DNA of 64,000 nt from Psychromonas sp. (GTDB lineage Bacteria > Pseudomonadota > Gammaproteobacteria > Enterobacterales > Psychromonadaceae): contig NZ_JBLIED010000005.1 of the NCBI RefSeq assembly GCF_047632955.1, positions 21,075 to 85,074 of the forward strand, given 5' to 3'. This document shows, piece by piece, positions 56,324 to 64,000 of this stretch. The position numbers and the translations under genes were made by a program. Under the pieces are notes generated by a model. That model saw only the letters and a program-made list of their open reading frames with translations. It made no database searches and had not been told where the DNA came from. Position 1 is the first letter of the stretch, and every line of letters starts with the position of its first letter.

Positions 56324-58186
56324 GTGTTAAATAAATACCCTATGTGGAAGTATTTGCTGCTTTTATTTATAGTTTTAATCAGTTTACTTTATGCCGCCCC
56401 CAATCTATACGGGGAAGATCCTGCCATTCAAATTTCTGCAACCCGTGGAGCAAAAGTCGAGCTTTCCACTCTGGATAAAGTTCAAGATATTCTCAAGCAG
56501 TCAAATATCACGCCTAAAAGTGTTGTGCTTGAAGATGGACAGCTTTTAGTTCGTCTCAAATCCAGTGAAGATCAACTGTTAGCGCGTGAAACCGTTGTGA
56601 ATGAATTAGATAGCAGTTTTGTTACTGCGCTTAATTTAGCGCCTTCAACCCCTGCCTGGTTAGAAGCTATTGGTGCCGGGCCACTGAAATTAGGTCTTGA
56701 TTTACGCGGCGGTGTTTATTTTCTGATGGAAGTAGATATGGATGAAGCCGTCAGCAAAACACAAGAGCAAATGGTCCAGGATTTACGTGGCGATTTACGC
56801 TCAGAGAAAATCAGATTTCGTGGTATCTCTAAAGCTAAAAGCGCAACGGGTGTAGAGTTGACCTTTACTGACCAATCCATTCTCGATAATGCGATTGATT
56901 ATTTAAAACCTATTAATCCAGGTTATCAATTCTCTGAATCTGTCGATAATGACAATTATATTCTCACAATTGAAATGACAGAGCAGAAATTACAAGCGAG
57001 CAAAGAGTACGCGCTGCAGCAAAATTTGACTATTCTTCGTAACAGGGTTAATGAACTGGGCGTCGCTGAGCCACTCGTTCAACGTCAAGGTACGGACAGA
57101 ATTGTTGTTCAACTACCAGGTATTCAAGATACGGCGCGTGCGAAAGAAATTCTTGGTGCAACTGCCACGCTTGAGTTTCATGCGGTTGACTCAGATACAA
57201 ATATTAATGATGCGTTAGCAGGACGTCTGCCTTCTTCTTCTATCGTTTATAAAGAGAGAGATGGTCGCCCCGTGGTGGTTAAGAAACAGATTATTTTAAC
57301 CGGTAACCATATCGTCGATGCACAATCTGGCAACGATGAAATGGGACGTGCGCAAGTTAGTATTTCACTTGATTCAAAAGGTGGCAGCATGATGTCGCGT
57401 TTTACCAAAAATAATATTGGTAAACCGATGGCAACTCTGTTTATCGAGTATTTACCGACAGGCAAGAAAAAGCCGAACGGTAAGGCGATCATTGAAAAGC
57501 GTGAAGAGGTTGCCAATGTGGCCACCATTCAAGCGCAGCTTGGCCGGAGTTTTCGTATTACCGGGCTTGATAACGCCGCAGAAGCACACAATTTGGCACT
57601 ATTACTACGCGCAGGTGCGCTTATTGCGCCTATTCAAATCGTACAGGAACGTACTATTGGACCAAGTTTAGGACAGCAGAATATAGATAACGGAATTAAA
57701 GCAATGGTCTATGGCTTACTTGCTGTTGTCTTATTCATGTTTGTTTATTATCGAAAATTTGGTGTTATTGCTAATACTGCTTTGTTATTTAATATCGTCA
57801 TGATTATTGGTTTTATGTCTATGATCCCCGGGGCAACATTAACCCTGCCGGGTATTGCCGGTATCGTCTTGACCGTTGGTATGGCCGTTGATGCAAATGT
57901 GCTCATATTTGAAAGGATTCGAGAAGAATTGTCTGCTGGGAAATCAATCCAGAAAGCAATTCATGAAGGTTATTCTAATGCTTTTTCTACCATAGCCGAT
58001 GCGAATATCACTACTTTCATCACCGCAATAATTTTGTTTGCTGTGGGTACCGGACCTATTAAAGGTTTCGCTGTTACGCTCGCGATTGGTATTGCAACTT
58101 CTATGTTCACTTCTATTTTCGGAACGCGTGCTATTGTAAACGCTGTCTGGGGTGGTCGTAATGATATTAAGAAACTATCAATCTAG
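56324..58186 (+). CDS. secD: Protein translocase subunit SecD
   Basis: [31 protein letters not shown] and IADANITT motifs. Confidence 0.97.
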   Translation: MLNKYPMWKYLLLLFIVLISLLYAAPNLYGEDPAIQISATRGAKVELSTLDKVQDILKQSNITPKSVVLEDGQLLVRLKSSEDQLLARETVVNELDSSFVTALNLAPSTPAWLEAIGAGPLKLGLDLRGGVYFLMEVDMDEAVSKTQEQMVQDLRGDLRSEKIRFRGISKAKSATGVELTFTDQSILDNAIDYLKPINPGYQFSESVDNDNYILTIEMTEQKLQASKEYALQQNLTILRNRVNELGVAEPLVQRQGTDRIVVQLPGIQDTARAKEILGATATLEFHAVDSDTNINDALAGRLPSSSIVYKERDGRPVVVKKQIILTGNHIVDAQSGNDEMGRAQVSISLDSKGGSMMSRFTKNNIGKPMATLFIEYLPTGKKKPNGKAIIEKREEVANVATIQAQLGRSFRITGLDNAAEAHNLALLLRAGALIAPIQIVQERTIGPSLGQQNIDNGIKAMVYGLLAVVLFMFVYYRKFGVIANTALLFNIVMIIGFMSMIPGATLTLPGIAGIVLTVGMAVDANVLIFERIREELSAGKSIQKAIHEGYSNAFSTIADANITTFITAIILFAVGTGPIKGFAVTLAIGIATSMFTSIFGTRAIVNAVWGGRNDIKKLSI

Positions 58187-58200
58187 GGCAAGGAAAAATT

Positions 58201-59148
58201 ATGTTTGAGTTATTTAAAGCTAAAAAAACGCTGCGTTTTATGCATTATTCAAAACCGGCTTCTTGGTTTTCAATGGTGTTAATTGTAGCCTCATTTGCCG
58301 CGTTAAGTATTAACTGGTTAAACTGGGGTCTGGATTTTACCGGTGGTACCGTTATTGAAGTTGGTTTTGAGCAACCTGCGGTATTAAAAGATGTTCGAGT
58401 AGTATTAGCATCGAGTGATTTTTCCGATGCCATCGTTCAGCATTTTGGTACTAGTCATGATGTTATGATTCGTTTAGCGCCTCGTGAGGGAGTTCAAGGG
58501 GAAGTTATCGGCACTCAGGTTTTGGAGTCATTGCAGAATGCTGATTTCGGACAAGTGGATATGCGTCGAATTGAATTTGTCGGACCTAACGTAGGTGCTG
58601 AATTAGCCAATTCCGGTGGTCTAGCTATTATCATTGCGCTTATCTGTATTTTAATTTATGTCAGTATTCGCTTTGAATGGCGCTTGGCATCAGGCTCTGT
58701 ATTAGCTTTAGCCCATGATATTATTATAACGCTTGGCATATTTTCATTCTTTAAAATTGAAGTGGACTTAACGGTATTAGCCGCTTTATTAGCTGTTGTC
58801 GGCTATTCACTCAATGATACTATTGTTGTATTTGACCGAATACGTGAAAATTTCCGCCTGCTGACAACCACTCCTCCCATTGAAATTGTCGATATATCAC
58901 TTACGCAGACCTTAAGCCGAACCTTAATTACCTCCGGAACCACTATTTTTGTATTGATTTCACTGTTTATTTTTGGTGGTGCGTTGATCCATGCTTTTGC
59001 TACCGCATTGTTGATTGGTGTTGTTGTTGGTACTTACTCGTCTATTTATGTCGCCAGTGCACTCGCCATCAGATTAGGCATTTCACGTGAACATATGATT
59101 CCAGAAGTTGTTGAAAAAGAGGGCGCAGATCAGGCTCCCTTATCATAA
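58201..59148 (+). CDS. secF: Protein translocase subunit SecF
   Basis: GLDFTGG, VGPNVG, GYSLNDTIVVFDRIRE and GTYSSI motifs. Confidence 0.97.
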   Translation: MFELFKAKKTLRFMHYSKPASWFSMVLIVASFAALSINWLNWGLDFTGGTVIEVGFEQPAVLKDVRVVLASSDFSDAIVQHFGTSHDVMIRLAPREGVQGEVIGTQVLESLQNADFGQVDMRRIEFVGPNVGAELANSGGLAIIIALICILIYVSIRFEWRLASGSVLALAHDIIITLGIFSFFKIEVDLTVLAALLAVVGYSLNDTIVVFDRIRENFRLLTTTPPIEIVDISLTQTLSRTLITSGTTIFVLISLFIFGGALIHAFATALLIGVVVGTYSSIYVASALAIRLGISREHMIPEVVEKEGADQAPLS

Positions 59149-59165
59149 GATGAACTAAGTACCTT

Positions 59166-59190
59166 AAAAGCACTGCCCGCAGTGCTTTTT
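59166..59190 (+). terminator. Intrinsic terminator after secF
   Basis: AAAAGCACTG-cccg-CAGTGCTTTTT. Confidence 0.8.
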
Positions 59191-59265
59191 TATTTCAACA
59201 CATCTAACTTTACTTTCAGGTTGTTATAGTTCACTCTTAAATCTCTTCTCTTAAAAGGTTTTTTC

Positions 59266-60183
59266 ATGAGATTTTATCGTTCAATATTGTTTGTTTTACC
59301 GGTTTTATTTACATTAACTGCTTGTCAAAGCCTTTCCCACACTGAGCAGGATCTTTCAACGACAAATGAAGTCATTACTAAACTACCTCTCTCTACTGCT
59401 GTCCAAGTAGACTACCAAGATGAAGTTAAATTATTAAAAATTAATCAATTGCTTGCGGAAGAAAAAGACCTGGATGCTAGACAACAGGCCGCATTATTTT
59501 ACGAACGTGGGGTTATTTATGACCGAATGGGGTTGGCGGCACACAGTCGTTATGATTTTACCCAGGCATTGAATGCTGATCCTACCTTTGCAGACGCTTA
59601 CAATTTTTTAGGACTGTATCTGTTATTATCCCAATCCTTTGATGAGGCCTTTGATGCTTTTGATTCGGCATTAGAATTATCCGATGATATGCAATACAGT
59701 TATTTACACCGGGCAGTTGGCCTCTATCAAGTCGGGCGTTATCAATTAGCAATGAATGATATTGAAAGGTTCTATGCGCTTGATAAAAATGATCCCTATC
59801 GCGTTTTATGGCGTTTTATTATCAACAGTAAAGTCGATCAGGTAAAAGCTTTACAGACACTTAAATCATCAACTCAACTCAGCGATGATAAGCGTTTTGC
59901 TTGGGCAATCGTGGATGTTATAGCGGGCAGGGTAACAGAAAAAGATTTTCTTGAAAGTCTTTCCTACGGTGTTCGCACCAACAAAGATCTTGCCAGGCGT
60001 TTATGTGAAGCCTATTTTTATCTTGGGCAGTGGCATAAATTGTCAGGTAATTTAGATAAAGCTATCTATTACTTTAAATTAAGCACCGCGACAAATATTC
60101 ATGAGTTTATTGAATATAAATATTCATTGATAGAGTTAGCCACTATTCAAAGAAACTTACAGACGGCTAAAGGTAAAAAATAA
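59266..60183 (+). CDS. nlpI: TPR lipoprotein NlpI
   Basis: Lipobox LTAC, ERGVIYDRMGL, DPYRVLW, LCEAYFYLG and FIEYKYS motifs. Confidence 0.9.
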   Translation: MRFYRSILFVLPVLFTLTACQSLSHTEQDLSTTNEVITKLPLSTAVQVDYQDEVKLLKINQLLAEEKDLDARQQAALFYERGVIYDRMGLAAHSRYDFTQALNADPTFADAYNFLGLYLLLSQSFDEAFDAFDSALELSDDMQYSYLHRAVGLYQVGRYQLAMNDIERFYALDKNDPYRVLWRFIINSKVDQVKALQTLKSSTQLSDDKRFAWAIVDVIAGRVTEKDFLESLSYGVRTNKDLARRLCEAYFYLGQWHKLSGNLDKAIYYFKLSTATNIHEFIEYKYSLIELATIQRNLQTAKGKK

Positions 60184-60217
60184 CCCGCTTGCTTTTATGT
60201 TAAAATGATTTTCTTAT

Positions 60218-60246
60218 AAAAAAGGTAACGATAAGTTACCTTTTTT
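60218..60246. terminator. Bidirectional terminator between nlpI and trxB
   Basis: AAAAAAGGTAAC-gataa-GTTACCTTTTTT. Confidence 0.8.
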
Positions 60247-60269
60247 GTTTAGATTCTTTTAGTTAATAA

Positions 60270-61247
<978 letters not shown>

Positions 61248-61288
61248 TTATAGGGGCTAATACTAACCCCTCTGAAAAAAAAAACAGT

Positions 61289-61322
61289 AAAAAAAAACGG
61301 ATATTTCATTGAAATATCCGTT
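61289..61322 (-). terminator. Terminator after rne
   Basis: 13-bp inverted repeat AACGGATATTTCA/TGAAATATCCGTT followed by a U run on the minus strand. Confidence 0.7.
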
Positions 61323-61358
61323 CAAATTGATAGTTAAAGCCTATTAACTACATCTCTA

Positions 61359-64000
61359 TTATAAAGTAGCCTTAACAGTTTCACTGCTCGCACTATTGGT
61401 CGCAAAACTACTGCCGGCTTGGCGTTCTGATTTAGTTATTGCCTGGCGCTCAGTGGCAGCAACAATAATTATTTGAGCATTCGTATCAAGCGGTCCGCTG
61501 ACGGTTTTAGTCATTGGTGAAGTTGAAGATTTTTTGAAATTGCCGGCAGGTGCCTGTTTTTCATTAACAGCTGCGGTTTCTTTAACTGCTTCAGTTTCTT
61601 TAACCGTAACGCTTTCTTTAACTGCTTCAGTTTCTTTAACCGTAACGCTTTCTTCAACTGCTGCGGTTTCTTTAACCGTAACGCTTTCTTCAACTGCTGC
61701 GGTTTCTTTAACTGCTTCAGTTTCTTTAACCGTAACGCTTTCTTCAACTGCTGCGGTTTCTTTAACTGCTTCAGTTTCTTTAACCGTAACGCTTTCTTCA
61801 ACTGCTGCGGTTTCTTCAACTGCTTCAGTTTCTTTAACCGTAACGCTTTCTTCAACTGCTGCGGTTTCTTCAATTGCTGCGGTTTCTTCAACTTTAGGCG
61901 TTTTTTCAACTGTAGCAGTTTCTTTAACTTCAGTGCTTTCTTCAACTGTAGCAGCTTGAATGCCTGCGGCAGCAGATGAAATTAGCTGAGCTTCTGCAAT
62001 TGCAGCATTAACGCTGCTTTGAATCTGTTCGACCGTTTCTTGAACAGTAGCGCTGTTATCAATGGTTTCAATGTCCGCTGCAACGGAAGCTTGAGCTTCT
62101 TTACCGCTGATTTCGGCCATGGCTTGATCTGCAACGGGCACAAATTTAGCTTCACTATTAACATTTTCAGATTCCGGGTAGCGACTGCTTACCGGATCCT
62201 GTAAATCTTCTGCTACGGGTGATGCATCCTGATCACTGTCAGAAGTTGTATTTTTCTTAGTGCGCTGAGCATTATTACGCAGGTAACGTGAACGACGACT
62301 TGGCATTGCAACTGCTTTATGTTCTTCAGTTTCACCTTCCGTTGGAACAGTATTGTCTGTCAGCTCTGATTTTGTATCAGTGACTTCAGCTTTTACAACT
62401 TTACTTTTTGGTGTTGACGCTTTTTTAACTTTAGGCGTGTTAACGGCAGGTTTAACATCCTGGGTTTTTAACTGCTCAACAGCTGGCTCTTCTGCACTGA
62501 CCGGCTCTGCTTCACGGGTATTTTGAATACGTACTTTTTTACGCATATTTCGTCGCTTACGGCGAACTGCAACGACATCATCATTTGCCGGAGGCACTGC
62601 AGCGGTTTCTTGCTTTTTAGGGCGTTCAGGCTCTTTGCGGGGAGTGGCTTTAGCTTCCGTTGGCGCTTGCGCAGCACGACTTTTATCGGGACGATTTTGA
62701 GTACGGTTGCGATTACGACTGTTGTTACGGTTATTGCGAGGAGCAGTGACATTCTCTGCGACAGGTGGTACTTCTTTTTTCTCAACAGGCTGCGGTTTTT
62801 CGCTCTCAGTGAATGCAGCAGATATCGCAGAAATTATTTTCGAAAAGAAAGAAGGTTTTGCTGTCGTTACTGCTTTTGGTGCAGAGACCGTTTCTTTTTT
62901 TGCTACTTTTGCCGGTGTAGTAGCTTGTTTGGGGCTTGAAAAACCGGACAAAACAGGATCAGCCTCATTGTTATGTTCATCTTTGATGACATTAGGAACA
63001 TAAACCGTATGTTGTTTTTCAAGCGCATCGTAATTGATATCTTCTTTGCCATCTTTACGGGTACGTTTAATTTCAAAGTGCGGGGTTAAAAGGTTCGCAT
63101 TAGGAATGATATAAACTTCGCAAGAATGACGTTTTTCTATTTTTTGAACATCTTTACGCTTTTCATTTAACAAGTAAGCGGCAACGGCAACCGGCACTGT
63201 CGCTTGAATTTGTACTGTGTTTTCTTTTAAGCCTTCCTCTTCTATTAACCGTAAAATGGCTAATGCGAGGGATTCATTATCGCGGATAGTACCTTGACCA
63301 TGACAGCGCGGGCAGACACGCGAAGCCGATTCACCAAGAGAAGGGCGTAGACGCTGACGGGACATTTCCATCAAACCAAAACGCGAAATACGACCTAATT
63401 GGATACGCGCTCTGTCCTGACGCACGGATTCGCGCATGCGGTTTTCAACTTCACGCTGATGACGAGGTGGGGTCATATCAATAAAGTCGATAACCACTAA
63501 ACCGCCCAAGTCACGCAGGCGTAATTGGCGGGCTATCTCTTCGGCTGCTTCGAGGTTGGTATTAAAAGCGGTTTCTTCAATGTCACCACCACGTGTAGCA
63601 CGTGCAGAGTTGATATCAATAGAGGTTAACGCTTCGGTTGGATCAATTACAATTGAACCGCCGGAAGGCAAGCGAACTTCACGTTGGAAAGCCGATTCAA
63701 TTTGGCTTTCCACCTGATAATGAGTGAATAATGGAATTTCACCTTGGTATAATTTTAAGCGGTTAACGTAATCAGGACGCACCATGGCGATGTGGTTTTT
63801 AGCAAGTTCAAAGGTCTTTGCATGATCAATCACGATCTCACCAATGTCGCGGCGCAGATAATCACGAATAGAGCGCACGATAACATTGCTTTCACGGTGG
63901 ATTAAAAATGGCGCTGGCTGAGAACGCGCAGCTTCGTCAATGGCTTGCCAATGATTTACTAAAACATTCAGATCCCATTCCAGTTCTTCCGGTGTTTTAC
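61359..64000 (-). CDS. rne: Ribonuclease E, 5'-truncated by window edge
   Basis: [22 protein letters not shown] and Zn-link CPRC. The disordered C-terminal half has an amphipathic [13 protein letters not shown] segment and Arg-rich tracts. The frame stays open to the window end. Confidence 0.97.
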   Translation of the reverse strand, partial: KTPEELEWDLNVLVNHWQAIDEAARSQPAPFLIHRESNVIVRSIRDYLRRDIGEIVIDHAKTFELAKNHIAMVRPDYVNRLKLYQGEIPLFTHYQVESQIESAFQREVRLPSGGSIVIDPTEALTSIDINSARATRGGDIEETAFNTNLEAAEEIARQLRLRDLGGLVVIDFIDMTPPRHQREVENRMRESVRQDRARIQLGRISRFGLMEMSRQRLRPSLGESASRVCPRCHGQGTIRDNESLALAILRLIEEEGLKENTVQIQATVPVAVAAYLLNEKRKDVQKIEKRHSCEVYIIPNANLLTPHFEIKRTRKDGKEDINYDALEKQHTVYVPNVIKDEHNNEADPVLSGFSSPKQATTPAKVAKKETVSAPKAVTTAKPSFFSKIISAISAAFTESEKPQPVEKKEVPPVAENVTAPRNNRNNSRNRNRTQNRPDKSRAAQAPTEAKATPRKEPERPKKQETAAVPPANDDVVAVRRKRRNMRKKVRIQNTREAEPVSAEEPAVEQLKTQDVKPAVNTPKVKKASTPKSKVVKAEVTDTKSELTDNTVPTEGETEEHKAVAMPSRRSRYLRNNAQRTKKNTTSDSDQDASPVAEDLQDPVSSRYPESENVNSEAKFVPVADQAMAEISGKEAQASVAADIETIDNSATVQETVEQIQSSVNAAIAEAQLISSAAAGIQAATVEESTEVKETATVEKTPKVEETAAIEETAAVEESVTVKETEAVEETAAVEESVTVKETEAVKETAAVEESVTVKETEAVKETAAVEESVTVKETAAVEESVTVKETEAVKESVTVKETEAVKETAAVNEKQAPAGNFKKSSTSPMTKTVSGPLDTNAQIIIVAATERQAITKSERQAGSSFATNSASSETVKATL
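61554..61949 (-). repeat. Coding tandem repeat: 22 x 18-bp (hexapeptide) units in the rne C-terminal region
   Basis: Units [18 protein letters not shown], with a higher-order 54-bp period in the centre. Confidence 0.92.

Overview
This is an AT-rich, mostly housekeeping chromosomal window from a marine gammaproteobacterium. Gene content and protein style suggest Alteromonadales, possibly Psychromonas (inference only). It contains a zntR/Cys-rich permease metal locus, metG/apbC, a sigma54-type nitrate ABC transporter, and gltX flanked by tRNA-Ala(GGC) and a tandem tRNA-Val(TAC) array. It also holds amt, upp-uraA, nfeD-stomatin, a complete his operon with leader and attenuator, dsbB/fadR-ftsK-lolA-rarA-crcB-serS, ampG, rnd, leuC-leuD-cimA, queA-tgt-yajC-secD-secF, nlpI, trxB and the 3' part of rne. 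I saw no CRISPR array, prophage, integrase, transposase or rRNA. The most notable items are: (1) a Leptospira-type citramalate synthase beside a leuCD pair with no leuA/leuB, a candidate threonine-independent isoleucine route; (2) a decayed fourth tRNA unit that keeps its acceptor end and CCA but lacks the anticodon arm; (3) a 22-unit hexapeptide tandem repeat in the RNase E C-terminal scaffold; (4) relics of a dispersed MITE-like repeat, one inside the his operon. I cannot claim a wholly new system from sequence alone.
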